A DNA stretch of 64,000 bases from Nostoc sp. DedSLP01 (lineage in GTDB: Bacteria > Cyanobacteriota > Cyanobacteriia > Cyanobacteriales > Nostocaceae), in contig JAVRCJ020000001.1 in NCBI GenBank assembly GCA_034530875.2, forward strand, positions 224,001 through 288,000, in the 5' to 3' direction. The number at the start of each line of letters is the position of its first letter. Position 1 is the first letter of the stretch. Below the pieces are notes generated by a model that saw only the letters and a program-made list of their open reading frames with translations, ran no database searches and had not been told where the DNA came from. Below, piece by piece: positions 50,768 to 63,056 of this stretch. The translations under genes and the position numbers were made by a program.

Positions 50768-51895
50768 ATGTCTCTAAGTAAAACTGTTAAAAAAGATAAA
50801 ATTCTCGTTGTCGATGACATTTATGACAATTTACTCGTCTTAGAAGCAGTCCTACAAGATAAGGACTATGAAATTACTTTGGTGGAAGATAGCAAAATTG
50901 CTCTAAATATGGTCGAGCAATCGCCACCAGACTTAATTCTCTTAGACGTAATGATGCCAGGGATAGATGGGTATGAATTCACTCGACGCATCCGGCAAAA
51001 TCAAGCGTTGCCATTTATCCCAATTTTGCTGATCACGGCTCATTATGAGTCCAGCGTTGTGAAAGGACTTGATGTTGGTGCGGATGACTTTATTCGCAAA
51101 CCATTCGATCCAGACGAACTACACGCACGAGTGCGATCGCTCCTGCGCCTCAAGCATAGCATCGACGAACGAGATCAAATGGCTAACTTGCGGGCAGATT
51201 TTGTCTCGCGTTTTACTCACGATTTACGCATACCGCTAGTAGCCTCCAACCGGGTTTTAAAATTATTGCTCGAAGGCAGGTTTTGCGAAGTTTCACCGCA
51301 GTTGCAAGAAATAATTAATACCATGATTGGCAGTAACCAAGACCTGCTAGAAATGGTAAATACTTTGTTAGAAGTTTATCGGCATGAAGCTGGCTGTAAA
51401 ATCTTAAAAATTTCCCCTTGTAACATTCAGGAATTAGTTAGTGAAGTTACCCAAGAATTAACTCCCTTAGCTGAAGAAAAAGGATTAGTTGTAAACATTG
51501 ATAAAGGTGAAGCTGCAACCACAGTAATGGGCGATCGCATAGAACTGCGGCGAGTTTTGACCAACATCATCGGCAATGCCATCAAATTTACAGACAAAGG
51601 TTCTGTAAATATTCATTGCAATCTGAATTTGCCAGATATCACTATTAGTATCCAAGATACAGGGCCGGGAATTTCTAAACAAGACCAAGCAATATTATTC
51701 GAGCGATTTCGCCAAGGCAAACACCAGCGTTCTGGTAGCGGTTTAGGACTATATCTATCTCGCTGCATTATCGAAGCACATCAAGGCACAATTGATGTTA
51801 TATCTGAGCCAGGGCAAGGTAGTACATTTACCATACGTCTACCTGTGGCTGAGGAAAGCGGCATTGAGGCAGCAACAAGCGAGATAAATGCTTAA
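50768..51895 (+). CDS. Hybrid REC-histidine kinase
   Basis: VDD, LLDVMMP, KPF; FTHDLRIPL; NAIKFT; GSGLGL. Confidence 0.93.
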   Translation: MSLSKTVKKDKILVVDDIYDNLLVLEAVLQDKDYEITLVEDSKIALNMVEQSPPDLILLDVMMPGIDGYEFTRRIRQNQALPFIPILLITAHYESSVVKGLDVGADDFIRKPFDPDELHARVRSLLRLKHSIDERDQMANLRADFVSRFTHDLRIPLVASNRVLKLLLEGRFCEVSPQLQEIINTMIGSNQDLLEMVNTLLEVYRHEAGCKILKISPCNIQELVSEVTQELTPLAEEKGLVVNIDKGEAATTVMGDRIELRRVLTNIIGNAIKFTDKGSVNIHCNLNLPDITISIQDTGPGISKQDQAILFERFRQGKHQRSGSGLGLYLSRCIIEAHQGTIDVISEPGQGSTFTIRLPVAEESGIEAATSEINA

Positions 51896-51968
51896 CTTGC
51901 GATGTGTCTTAAAATCTCTTAACAAATCCTGCCAGAGGATGATTAAGATAAAGGTATTTGACTGATGG

Positions 51969-52958
51969 GTGTCGATACTCATGGTGCAAGACCAGATTTT
52001 GCTGAATGATTGGCATGTAATAGGGCGATCGCAAGACCTCCAACCTGGAACAGTTCTGCATAAGCGCTTATTAGGCTCAGACCTAGTACTCTGGCATAAT
52101 GGCGAGAAAGTCTTAGCTTGGCGAGACCTTTGCCCCCATCGTGGCGCTCGTCTTTCTCTGGGATATGTCAATAAAGATACCCTTGTTTGTCCTTATCACG
52201 GTCTAGCTTTTAACAGCGAGGGGAAATGCGCCCTAGTTCCAGCCAATCCAGACCAATTGCCTCCCGCACAAGCTTGCGTTAAAACTTACCAAATTCAAGA
52301 GCGTTACGATTTGCTGTGGGTTTGTTTGGGGACACCAAAACAAGACATCCCTCCGTTTTCCGAGTGGGACAATCCAGTGTATCGCAAGATTTTCTGCGGC
52401 CCCTACCACTATCACTCCAGCCCTCTGCGGGCGCTAGAAAATTTTATCGATCCGGCACATTTCCCAATTGTGCATTCGGGATTATTTGCCCACGCCAGTC
52501 GTCCCGAGTTGACGCACTATGAATTAGAGTCTTTTGCAGATGGGATTAGTTTCAAATGTGGTTTGTGGGAACTAGATTTTAATTCGGGCAATCCTCAACA
52601 AGCACCACTGATTTTTAATACTTACGATTACCGCATCTTCCGGCCGCTAGTGGCATACTTTAAACTCGGGCCTGGAGAGCATCGTTTAAATGTCTTTTAT
52701 ACAATCACGCCAATCGATGAAGAAGAGTGCGTGGCGCAATATTGGTTAATGGTAAACGGCGCCCGTGAAGTTCCAGTGGAACTCTATCTAGATATTCAAA
52801 ATAAAGTTGCTAGTCAAGATATTGCCATTGTCGAGTCCCAGCAACCCCGACGCTTACCTTTAGATTTGCAAGCAGAAGTACATTTAAATAGCGATCGCTA
52901 TTCAATAGCATACCGGAAGTGGCTCAAGCAACAGGGTGTTACTTTCGGCACTATTTAG
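51969..52958 (+). CDS. Rieske non-heme iron oxygenase alpha subunit (VanA-like demethylase type)
   Basis: CPHRG...CPYHG Rieske motif; ENFIDPAHFPIVH; QDIAIVESQ. Confidence 0.9.
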   Translation: MSILMVQDQILLNDWHVIGRSQDLQPGTVLHKRLLGSDLVLWHNGEKVLAWRDLCPHRGARLSLGYVNKDTLVCPYHGLAFNSEGKCALVPANPDQLPPAQACVKTYQIQERYDLLWVCLGTPKQDIPPFSEWDNPVYRKIFCGPYHYHSSPLRALENFIDPAHFPIVHSGLFAHASRPELTHYELESFADGISFKCGLWELDFNSGNPQQAPLIFNTYDYRIFRPLVAYFKLGPGEHRLNVFYTITPIDEEECVAQYWLMVNGAREVPVELYLDIQNKVASQDIAIVESQQPRRLPLDLQAEVHLNSDRYSIAYRKWLKQQGVTFGTI

Positions 52959-53114
52959 AAGATACGTAACTTCAGGTTGCTACTGTTCCGTATTCCCCCT
53001 TTATTGAATATTTAAGGACTTTTAGCTGATTAGACCTCTGCACTTCAAGAGGGCATTGAGCCGAGATCGGCGTTAACTCAGTTACCGACATAAAGACTAA
53101 GAGGTGAAGCAATC

Positions 53115-53798
53115 ATGTTCATTTTCAAGATTTTGACTGCACTCATTTGGAATATTGTCATCTTCGGTGGTTTACTATTCTTACCAGCAGGGACGTTAAA
53201 TTGGTGGCGTGCCTGGGTGTTTCTTGGTGTTGTGGTTGTTGGGACTGTGGCGACGATGATTGGTGTCTTCCGAGAGGATGAGGATTTATTAAAGGAACGC
53301 TTCAAACCACCCATTCAAGAGTCACAACCCCTTGCTGACAAAATTCTTGCCAACTTACTAATCGCAACATTCCTGGGTTTAATTGCCTTCATTCCCTTAG
53401 ATGTGTTCCGATTTCATCTGTTGGCTCAACCAAACGCCATTGCTTCGGCACTGGGATTGGTAGTGTATGTCATTGGTTGGTGGATTATTTCTCTGTCCTT
53501 TAAGGTAAATACCTTTGCGGCAACTGCGGTCAAATATCAGCCAGACCGACAACAGACAGTTATTGATACGGGAGTTTACAGCGTTGTGCGGCATCCCATG
53601 TATGCAGGTGCGGTTTTGGTGATGGTTGGTATGTCGCTGTGGTTAGAATCCTACGCGGCGGCGCTACTCGCGATCGTTCCCATGACAATCCTGGTTGTAC
53701 GGATTCAATTTGAGGAACAATTTTTGCGGCAAGAACTCAAGGGCTACGAAACCTACACCCAAAGAATTAGGTATAAGTTATTGCCATACATTTGGTAA
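53115..53798 (+). CDS. Isoprenylcysteine carboxylmethyltransferase family membrane protein
   Basis: Multi-TM; TGVYSVVRHPMY; EEQFL; YETY. Confidence 0.88.
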   Translation: MFIFKILTALIWNIVIFGGLLFLPAGTLNWWRAWVFLGVVVVGTVATMIGVFREDEDLLKERFKPPIQESQPLADKILANLLIATFLGLIAFIPLDVFRFHLLAQPNAIASALGLVVYVIGWWIISLSFKVNTFAATAVKYQPDRQQTVIDTGVYSVVRHPMYAGAVLVMVGMSLWLESYAAALLAIVPMTILVVRIQFEEQFLRQELKGYETYTQRIRYKLLPYIW

Positions 53799-53967
53799 AT
53801 ACTCAATGCTGGAATCTTGATTGTTTTCTTAACTTGCAAAAAAGATTAGCTTTACTGAATTGTTTAAAACCGGAGTAAACAAACTGAAAATTATAGATAT
53901 ACCAATGGACAGGACTGTTAGGACGTATACCCAGGAGGTAAAAGAGAAATTAAATACAGTCGATGCC

Positions 53968-54001
53968 AAAACCCTAGAGAAAAAAGTCTCTAGGGTTTTT
54001 T
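53968..54001. terminator. Bidirectional intrinsic terminator
   Basis: AAAACCCTAGAGA / TCTCTAGGGTTTT perfect 13-bp stem between convergent genes. Confidence 0.8.
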
Positions 54002-54028
54002 GCAGTCAGCGATCGCTTAAGATATCAC

Positions 54029-56410
54029 TTAATAAGGCCACTTCCAGTCGCGAATTTGTGGCATATCGTCGCCATACTTCTCAATGTATTGCTTATGTTC
54101 GATCAGTTTATCTCGCATTTGCTGTTTGACATAAGCTGCTTTAGAACCGAGTTTGGGAACGCGATCGATAACATCAATAACTAGATGGAAGCGATCGAGA
54201 TCGTTGAGAACAACCATATCAAAAGGCGTGGTGGTGGTTCCTTCTTCTTTGTAACCGCGCACGTGCAAATTCTGGTGATTGGTGTGGCGGTAAGTTAAGC
54301 GATGAATCAGCCACGGATAGCCATGAAAGGCAAAAATAATCGGTTTATCTGCGGTGAAAAGTGTATCAAAGTCTTTTTCGCTCAAACCGTGGGGATGTTC
54401 GCTTTTTGGCTGTAGTGTCATCAAATCGACTACGTTGATTACCCGCACTTTTAAATCAGGGAAGTTTTGGCGCAAGATATCTACAGCCGCCAAGGTTTCT
54501 AAGGTGGGAATATCGCCAGCACAAGCCAGTACTACATCTGGTTCGCCGCCTTGGTCGTTGCTTGCCCAATCCCAAATGCCGATACCTTTGGTGCAGTGCT
54601 TGATAGCAGAATCGATGTCGAGGTATTGCAATGCTGGTTGTTTTCCGGCAACGATGACGTTGACATAGTTGCGGCTTCTCAAACAATGGTTGGTTACTGA
54701 TAGCAGAGTGTTGGCATCGGGTGGCAAATACACGCGAACAATTTCTGCTTTCTTGTTAACTACGTGGTCAATAAAACCGGGGTCTTGGTGTGAGAAACCA
54801 TTGTGGTCTTGCCGCCAGACGTGGGAGGAAAGTAGGTAATTGAGGGAAGCAATTGGTCTGCGCCAAAGAATGTGTCTGGTAGTTTTCAACCATTTGGCGT
54901 GTTGGTTGAACATGGAATCAACGATGTGGATGAAGGCTTCATAACAAGAGAAAAAGCCGTGGCGACCTGTGAGGAGGTAGCCTTCTAACCATCCTTGACA
55001 ATTAGTTTCGCTGAGAATTTCCATCACCCGGCCGTCGGGGGAGAGATGGTCATCTTCTGGGAGGGTCTGGGCTACCCAAGTCCGGTTTGTGACTTCAAGT
55101 ACAGCATCCAAACGATTAGATACTGTTTCGTCGGGGCCGAAAATGCGGAAATTGCGTTTGTCTTCGTTAAGTTTTACGATATCCCGCAGGAATCTACCAG
55201 TAACTTTGGTCGCTTCAGCTACTACTGTACCTGGTTCTGGAGTATCTACAGCATAGTCCCGAAAATCGGGCATTTTCAAGTCATGGAGCAGGATACCGCC
55301 GTTGGCATGGGGATTGTCACCCATGCGCCGCTGCCCTTTCGGGGCTAATTCTGCTAGTTCGTCAATCAACTTACCATTGGTGTCGAAGAGTTCTTCTGGT
55401 TTGTAACTCTTCATCCAATCTTCTAGTAGTTTCAGGTGTTCTGGCTGTTTGGATATGTTACCAAAGGGAACCTGATGCGATCGCCAATAATCTTCGGTTT
55501 TTTTGCCATCCACTTCCTCTGGCCCCGTCCAACCTTTGGGGGTGCGCATCACAATCATCGGCCACTGGGGACGTTCCGTAAAACCATGTATGCGGGCTTC
55601 TCTTTGGATACTTTGAATTTCGGCAATAACTGTATCTAGAGTTGCTGCCATCTGTTGGTGTACATCTGCGGGATCGTGACCTTGGACAAAGTATGGCTTG
55701 TAGCCGTAGCCTACAAATAAACTTTCCAACTCTCCCTGACTAATCCGCGATAATACTGTGGGATTGGCAATTTTATATCCATTCAAATGCAAAATCGGCA
55801 GTACCGCACCATCACGCGCCGGGTTGAGAAATTTGTTGGAGTGCCAGCTAGTTGCTAAAGCACCAGTTTCCGCTTCGCCGTCACCTACAACCGCAGCAAC
55901 AATTAAGTCTGGGTTATCAAAGGCAGCACCAAAAGCATGGACGAGGGCATAACCCAGTTCGCCGCCTTCGTGGATAGAACCCGGAGTTTCCGGGGCTACG
56001 TGGCTGGGAATACCACCAGGGAAAGAGAATTGTTTGAAGAGTCTCTGCATTCCCTCAGCATCTTGGGAGATGTTATGGTAATACTCGCTGTAAGTACCTT
56101 CGAGATAAGTATTGGCTACCAGTCCGGGGCCCCCATGACCAGGCCCGGCAATGTAAATTGTATTGAGGTCATATTTGTTGATAACCCGATTCAGGTGAAC
56201 GTAGATAAAGTTCAACCCCGGTGTTGTTCCCCAGTGACCCAAAAGCCTGGGTTTAACGTGTTCTATTTTTAGCGGTTCTCTCAGTAGCGGATTGTCGAGT
56301 AGATATATTTGCCCAACTGAAAGATAGTTCGCTGCACGCCAGTAGGCATTAATCTTGCGTAATTCTTCATCTGTTAAAGGCTTTGTTTGTGGAGTAGTTG
56401 CTAATGTCAT
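54029..56410 (-). CDS. xfp: Phosphoketolase (XFP family)
   Basis: [42 protein letters not shown]. Confidence 0.96.
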   Translation of the reverse strand: MTLATTPQTKPLTDEELRKINAYWRAANYLSVGQIYLLDNPLLREPLKIEHVKPRLLGHWGTTPGLNFIYVHLNRVINKYDLNTIYIAGPGHGGPGLVANTYLEGTYSEYYHNISQDAEGMQRLFKQFSFPGGIPSHVAPETPGSIHEGGELGYALVHAFGAAFDNPDLIVAAVVGDGEAETGALATSWHSNKFLNPARDGAVLPILHLNGYKIANPTVLSRISQGELESLFVGYGYKPYFVQGHDPADVHQQMAATLDTVIAEIQSIQREARIHGFTERPQWPMIVMRTPKGWTGPEEVDGKKTEDYWRSHQVPFGNISKQPEHLKLLEDWMKSYKPEELFDTNGKLIDELAELAPKGQRRMGDNPHANGGILLHDLKMPDFRDYAVDTPEPGTVVAEATKVTGRFLRDIVKLNEDKRNFRIFGPDETVSNRLDAVLEVTNRTWVAQTLPEDDHLSPDGRVMEILSETNCQGWLEGYLLTGRHGFFSCYEAFIHIVDSMFNQHAKWLKTTRHILWRRPIASLNYLLSSHVWRQDHNGFSHQDPGFIDHVVNKKAEIVRVYLPPDANTLLSVTNHCLRSRNYVNVIVAGKQPALQYLDIDSAIKHCTKGIGIWDWASNDQGGEPDVVLACAGDIPTLETLAAVDILRQNFPDLKVRVINVVDLMTLQPKSEHPHGLSEKDFDTLFTADKPIIFAFHGYPWLIHRLTYRHTNHQNLHVRGYKEEGTTTTPFDMVVLNDLDRFHLVIDVIDRVPKLGSKAAYVKQQMRDKLIEHKQYIEKYGDDMPQIRDWKWPY

Positions 56411-56826
56411 TCCGACACTCCATTACAAAAGGATTTTGACTAGTTCATTAGTATGCAATTTAACTTGTCTGAGGTATGAAGGCCATCTTACCCATGACAA
56501 ATATTTCCAGAAGCGAGCTGCTAAAGCTAGCCTTAGTCAGTACATGATACCTTTATTCACATGTAGAATAAGTGTAAATAACTATCGAATATCGCCACTA
56601 GTAAGCTAGCAAGACTAATTTAAAATTGCTGATTTTTTAATATTAATTTTCAAATTTGTTTTATTTGTAGGAAAAGTAAAAAATTCTATTTTAAAGAATT
56701 AAATAATTATATTCTAATAATTTTTAACATATTTCTTTTGATGGATGCTTATGTAATCCTATTCTTCATGAAATTGAAACAATTAGGGTATACGATTCCA
56801 ATTTGATTTATTTAGCCAGTACACAT

Positions 56827-57011
56827 TTACCCTGAAATATTACCCACTTGGAAAATCTGCTCAGCAGTTAAATTTAATTTAACCTCTTCATAATCTCCCA
56901 CAGGTTGAGCCATTTTAACAATATTCCGTTGTGTAATTCATAGCGTTCATTGTCTGGTTTCCACTGGACAAATTCTGCAAAAGTTACTATTTTTCGTAAA
57001 GCTTGAGCCAG
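56827..57011 (-). pseudogene. Uma2-family remnant with large internal deletion
   Basis: Manual translation AQALRKIVTFAEFVQWKPDNERYELHNG... joined to the C-terminal KLNLTAEQIFQVG; start mutated to CTG; not in the ORF track. Confidence 0.65.
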
Positions 57012-57033
57012 TTTTCAACGCCCAAAATTTTAA

Positions 57034-57588
57034 CTAATTATTAATTTCCAATAAACCATCTGGCGGTGTAATTTCAATGCGGCGTGTTTGCAAGTCTACC
57101 ACTGGTGCGATCGCTTCTACAAAAGGAATCAAAACAGTCTTTTGTTTTTTGTCAGCAGCATCAGATTTACGCAACTTTACTTCTAATAAATCATTGCCTG
57201 CGGGGATCACATCTATCACCGTACCTACGAGTTCGCCAGATGCTTGCATGAAGACTTCCAAGCCAATCAAATCGAGGACATGATATTCATTTTCACCTAA
57301 TTGGGGGCGATCGCTAGCTGGCACCATTAACTTACAATCGCGCAATTCCTCTGCCTGATTGCGATTTACCACACCAGCTAATTTGATGACATATAAATTT
57401 TTGCCATTAAGATAACGTCCTGCCAATAATTCTATCGGTTGCGGTTCTGTCTCTCCAGGGCGCAACAACCAACGTTTTCCTGGCACTTCAAATCGTTCCG
57501 GAAAGTCCGAGTCAGGATAAACTCGTAACTCTCCAGACAATCCTTGAGGTGCAACAATCTTACCAATTTCTAGCCAGTCATTAGTCAT
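57034..57588 (-). CDS. rimM: Ribosome maturation factor RimM
   Basis: [40 protein letters not shown]. Confidence 0.95.
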   Translation of the reverse strand: MTNDWLEIGKIVAPQGLSGELRVYPDSDFPERFEVPGKRWLLRPGETEPQPIELLAGRYLNGKNLYVIKLAGVVNRNQAEELRDCKLMVPASDRPQLGENEYHVLDLIGLEVFMQASGELVGTVIDVIPAGNDLLEVKLRKSDAADKKQKTVLIPFVEAIAPVVDLQTRRIEITPPDGLLEINN

Positions 57589-57875
57589 TAGTCATTAGTC
57601 ATTAATCATTAGTCATTGGTCATTGGTGATTGGGCAAGCGGGGAGTGTGGGAGGTGTGGGAGGTGTGGGAGGTGTGGGAGGTGTGGGAGGTGTGGGAGGT
57701 GTGGGAGGTGTGGGAGGAGAGGGAGGTGTGGGAGGTGTGGGAGGTGTGGGAAGATGGGGAAGAAATCTTTCCCCCCTCTCCCCCCACACTCCCCACACTT
57801 CCCCATCTCCTCATCTCCCCCCACACTCCCCACAGTCCCCATCTCCCTACCTCCCCACTCCCCACTCCCCACTTC
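57578..57875. repeat. Composite short tandem repeat array (TCATTAG heptamers, about 12 GTGTGGGAG nonamers, C-rich complement)
   Basis: Directly visible 57578-57632, 57645-57751 and 57771-57872. Confidence 0.92.
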
Positions 57876-57879
57876 CTCA

Positions 57880-59163
57880 TTACACACTCACAGCTGCACG
57901 CTGATAAGCTTGTTCGGCTACTTTGGCTAAACGTTGCATACCAGTGACAATTTCTTCATCGCTACCGGTGAGGCTGATACGGAAGCATTGGTGTTTGTGC
58001 GCCCATTCTTCGTGCAAACCGGGGAAGAAGGTGCTGCCAGGGACAATAATTACACCTACTTGTTTGAGTTCTTGGTAAAATTCCCAGTCAGTTATGGGTA
58101 GATTTTCTAACCACAACCAAGCAAAAATGGCTCCTTCACCGCGATGGAGGAACCAAGGTAAATTCTTGGGCATCGCTTGTTCTAAGCTACTTTCTAAAAC
58201 TGCAAACTTGTTTTGGTAGAAGGGACGAATCACAGTCTGAGAAATTTCTACTAAGGCACCAGAATTGATTGCTAAGGCTGCGATCGCTTGGCCGTAACGT
58301 GAAGAATGTAGACTCGCGTTTGCCTGGAAACACTCTAGCACTTCAATCCACTTTTCGTCCCCAATGGCAATACCAATTCTTTCTCCTGGTAATCCTGCTT
58401 TGGATAAACTCATACAGTGCAGAATATTATCGCCAAACACCGGGGTCATTTCGGTAAAGTTCAATGACGGAAAGGGAGGTGCATAAGCCGAGTCAATTAG
58501 CACGGGCAAATTGTAAGGCGAGGCTAGGGCAGCAATCTTTTTCACTTCCTCGTCAGTGAGAACGTTACCAGTGGGGTTACAGGGGCGAGAGAAGATGACG
58601 CAACCAGTGTTTTCGCTAATCGTTAGTTGGCTGAAGTCTGGGCGATATTTAAATCTATGGGCTGGTGCATCGATATCGAGGGTAGGTTTGTAGGCGACTA
58701 AGGCTTTTGGTTCCAAACAGATACCGCCATAACCGGTGTAGTCGGGGCTGAGGGGCAAAACAATTTGTTTTAACTCGCCAGTGCTGGTGTAGCCGCCAAA
58801 TACGTTAGCAGCGTAGAAATAGAGGGTTTGACTGCCGGGGGTGATAAAAATATTGCGATCGCCTAATTTTAAACCGTAGCGTTTATTAAAGTCGTTGGCG
58901 ATCGCTTCAATTAACGGTGCATAGCCCTGGCTTGAACCATAGCGGCAAACTACCTCACCATATTCCGAACTAGCCAAAAGCTGTGCAGTGCAATCCCGCC
59001 ACAACTGTTCTACCTCTGGTAAAATCAACGGGTTCCCAGCACTCAAATTAATAAACTGCTGCCCTGAACCGGCTCGTAATGTTTCGATAATATCCTTCAT
59101 GATTGCTCGGACGCCAGTCAGGTTGGACATTTGGGCGCCAATTTTTGTTAGGGCAGGGTTCAT
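57880..59163 (-). CDS. avtA: Valine-pyruvate transaminase
   Basis: LSAGNP, SRPCNPTGNV, IDSAY, SLSKAGLPGERIG, GAIFAWLW. Confidence 0.9.
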   Translation of the reverse strand: MNPALTKIGAQMSNLTGVRAIMKDIIETLRAGSGQQFINLSAGNPLILPEVEQLWRDCTAQLLASSEYGEVVCRYGSSQGYAPLIEAIANDFNKRYGLKLGDRNIFITPGSQTLYFYAANVFGGYTSTGELKQIVLPLSPDYTGYGGICLEPKALVAYKPTLDIDAPAHRFKYRPDFSQLTISENTGCVIFSRPCNPTGNVLTDEEVKKIAALASPYNLPVLIDSAYAPPFPSLNFTEMTPVFGDNILHCMSLSKAGLPGERIGIAIGDEKWIEVLECFQANASLHSSRYGQAIAALAINSGALVEISQTVIRPFYQNKFAVLESSLEQAMPKNLPWFLHRGEGAIFAWLWLENLPITDWEFYQELKQVGVIIVPGSTFFPGLHEEWAHKHQCFRISLTGSDEEIVTGMQRLAKVAEQAYQRAAVSV

Positions 59164-59308
59164 AGGCTTCGATAAAATTTATTAATTGAGGGTGGACAAA
59201 TTACTTGGGATTTGCTGCTGACATCCAGTTTACATCGTTGCCAAAACAACTTTTTCCACCTTTAACCAATCTAGCTAGAGAATGATATTTTTACAAAGTA
59301 ATATTCCA

Positions 59309-59430
59309 AGGGACTGGTGACTGGGACCTGGTGACTGGGTATTGAATATTTTGAGAATTGGGAATTCAATTAAGAAAACTCTTCCCTAGTCCCCAATCCC
59401 CAATCGCCAATCCCCAGTCCCTCATCCCCG
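59309..59430. repeat. STRR-type heptamer repeats in inverted arrangement
   Basis: GGGACTG/GTGACTG units facing CCCAATC/CCCAGTC units. Confidence 0.65.
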
Positions 59431-59436
59431 ATATAA

Positions 59437-60585
<1,149 letters not shown>

Positions 60586-60739
60586 TTCGTAATTCGTAAT
60601 TAAAAAGGGTTTGTAGCTAGTAGTCTTGTTTCAGATAGGGTTTAAATTTCTATCTGAAACATAATTATGAATTTTAAGCGATCGCTTTTATCCAAGTGAG
60701 CTGACACAGATGATTTACTGGAATAATGGCGAGAACAAG

Positions 60740-60870
60740 AGAGACGCGATAAATCGCCGTCTCTACAAGGCGTTAATTTTGATCGAAAAACCCGATGCAA
60801 ACCGAATTGCACGCGTTCGAGAAACGTGCCACAAAAAGACCATATTGTAGAGACACGATTCATCGCGTCT
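60740..60870. repeat. Pair of GTAG-type REP palindromes
   Basis: AGAGACGCGATAAATCGCCGTCTCTAC (60740-60766, GTAG on - strand) and GTAGAGACACGATTCATCGCGTCT (60847-60870). Confidence 0.8.
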
Positions 60871-60990
60871 AATTTCGATCGCTGCGATGAATTAATTTGT
60901 GATGTAGAAATAATTCCGAGTTTTTCGGGTTGGCAATTACATAAATGCAAAGACATACTTGCATCAGTTTTTGCATCAATCAAAATAATT

Positions 60991-61352
60991 ATGAATAATG
61001 ATGCTCCTCCACCACAAAACAGCAACCCTAAATACAAAGGTAAATATCGAATTGATTCAACACGTTTGCCAGCATGGAATTATGCTAGTGATGGTGGATA
61101 TTTCGTTACTATTTGCACGGATAGAAAGAAATACTTTTTTGGTGAGGTTGTACAGGGTGAAATGCAGCTATCAGCAATTGGAGAAATTGCTTATAAATTG
61201 TGGTATGAGATTCCTAAGAATTTTTCTAATTGTCAGATAGATTCGTTTTGCGTCATGCCTAATCATATTCATGGGATTGTGATTATTAATCAAACACAAC
61301 AGGGAAATGCGATGAATGGGACACAAGAGGAAGACGCGATGAATCGCGTCTT
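60991..61352 (+). pseudogene. Truncated REP-associated tyrosine transposase (RAYT, Y1 HUH family)
   Basis: KYRIDSTRLPAWNY, GYFVTICT, VMPNHIHGIV (HUH); similarity ends at a REP (61331-61352); C-terminal catalytic Tyr region absent. Confidence 0.85.
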
Positions 61353-61381
61353 GTATTTGTGGGTGTTTTGCGCGTCTAGTA

Positions 61382-62938
61382 CTATTGACGGGTATAACGA
61401 TGTTTCACCCCAATCGGAAAATATTCAAAATCCCCCATTGGCGCTAATTTAACCTGTGGTGTTTGATATTCTACGGGAACATAATTAGCAAACTCGCTAT
61501 TGAGGCGTAGCAGTTGTGAAAGAATTGAAGATGCGATCGCTTCTCTTTTATCTTCACTACCCTCTACACCTGGTGCTAATTCCACAACTACAGATAAAAA
61601 TCGGTTTTTGTCTGCATCTTCCTTCACCTGCAATACAAATTTCCCGGTTACCCATTCTTGAATTACTGGTTGTTCTAATCCCACCGTCACATTTTCTGGA
61701 TAAATATTCGCGCCAAAATACGAAACTGTAAAGTTAGAACGCCCAAAAACATAAACGAAAGGTAATGAGTGAATACCTCTAGGGGAATGGGGAGTGGGGA
61801 GTGGGGAATGGGGAGTAGGGAGTGCTGAATTCGGACTCTCATTGTGTAACTCTGCAACAGGATCGAATCCCCATTTGGCTAAAAATTCCAGCATGGCGTC
61901 ATAACTAATTATGCCGCCAGTATCCAAGATGTCATAACGCACCAAAGGAATGCCGTTATCTCCTGAAAACAGCAATGCGCCGTCTTGAACTTCAAAAAAG
62001 CGACTGCAAGGATCGTACTGCACTAACGTCGGTAAACGCGATTCACCGAATAAAGTTCTAGCTGCGTCCGGGTTTTCTGCCAAAAAACGACGAATGCAAA
62101 TACTTAAGGGCGTTTCGTTGCCTAAAACTCCTGCATCCGCAGTACCGTAAAGTGATGCAAAATCATAGCAGAGATTTTCCGAACCAACTCTTTTACCAAC
62201 CAAACTCCGCCATTCTTCGCTAAATACTTCTCCCGCCATCACAAATTTAATCTGATATTTTTGCCACTCCACACCACGAGAAATTCCAGTATCAATGACA
62301 TCTTTCAAAAATGGCGGGTATCCCAAAAGTACCACTTGCTCGAAAGCAGAGCCTAATTCTTGTACAACTCGCAATATTTCTTCTTTGTTGTTACCTGGAG
62401 TAATTACAGTCAGGGGATAACCTTTACTCGCAAGATAGCGACAGCAATTGGTGGTGAACATTCCACCTACCCAAGTCCCTAAAGTAAAACAAATTACAGC
62501 TAAAGTTCGTTTGTTATCTGTATAAAAACTATCATGAAAAATCTGTTCAAAGCGTGTGGCGATTTGGAGTTCATCTGTAAAAAAACGCGGCCAAAATGTC
62601 GGTTTACCAGTAGAACCTGAGGAAGCAGCTATCATGTCACACCCTTCCAATTGTCCGTTGCGACACAACTCAGGTAAAGGATAACGCAGTATATAATTTT
62701 CTTTGGCGATCGCTGGCAGTTTTTGAAAGTCCTCTAAGGTTTGGATACTTGCAGGATTAATTTCTCTTTCGGCTAAAAAATCCTTGTACGCTGGTACATT
62801 CGCCGCCACATCATGAAATAAAGTCAAAGCTGCTGAAGTATGAGTGTTGAGATGGCGTTGCAGTTGAGTTTCTAGAGGTGTAGAAATAAAATCTTCAAAT
62901 GCTTTAATTGCTCGCTGGCTTTGTGAATTGCAGTTCAT
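61382..62938 (-). CDS. Phenylacetate-CoA ligase (PaaK/CapK-like) family adenylate-forming enzyme
   Basis: SSGSTGKP, LYGTADAG, PLVRYDILD, GRS, GANIYP. Confidence 0.88.
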   Translation of the reverse strand: MNCNSQSQRAIKAFEDFISTPLETQLQRHLNTHTSAALTLFHDVAANVPAYKDFLAEREINPASIQTLEDFQKLPAIAKENYILRYPLPELCRNGQLEGCDMIAASSGSTGKPTFWPRFFTDELQIATRFEQIFHDSFYTDNKRTLAVICFTLGTWVGGMFTTNCCRYLASKGYPLTVITPGNNKEEILRVVQELGSAFEQVVLLGYPPFLKDVIDTGISRGVEWQKYQIKFVMAGEVFSEEWRSLVGKRVGSENLCYDFASLYGTADAGVLGNETPLSICIRRFLAENPDAARTLFGESRLPTLVQYDPCSRFFEVQDGALLFSGDNGIPLVRYDILDTGGIISYDAMLEFLAKWGFDPVAELHNESPNSALPTPHSPLPTPHSPRGIHSLPFVYVFGRSNFTVSYFGANIYPENVTVGLEQPVIQEWVTGKFVLQVKEDADKNRFLSVVVELAPGVEGSEDKREAIASSILSQLLRLNSEFANYVPVEYQTPQVKLAPMGDFEYFPIGVKHRYTRQ

Positions 62939-63056
62939 GATGCTTTTATGTAATCCTCTGCTGGAAGAGTACCATATCAGCTAGGCTAGATCTACGCCAA
63001 TTACTAATGCGAGAAATCATTTTGTTATTAATAGAGTTAAAGCTTTAGCTAACGCA

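Noticed and set aside
57645..57751. Possible CRISPR array
   Set aside because: Contiguous 9-bp units with no unique spacers, and no cas genes in the window.
57609..57947. Six overlapping low-complexity ORFs (CGR, WEV, PHL, SHT repeats)
   Set aside because: Artefacts of the stop-free 9-bp tandem repeat; no coding evidence.
60826..60990. N-terminal extension of the RAYT ORF from GTG 60826
   Set aside because: It reads through REP/non-coding DNA; family similarity begins only after ATG 60991.
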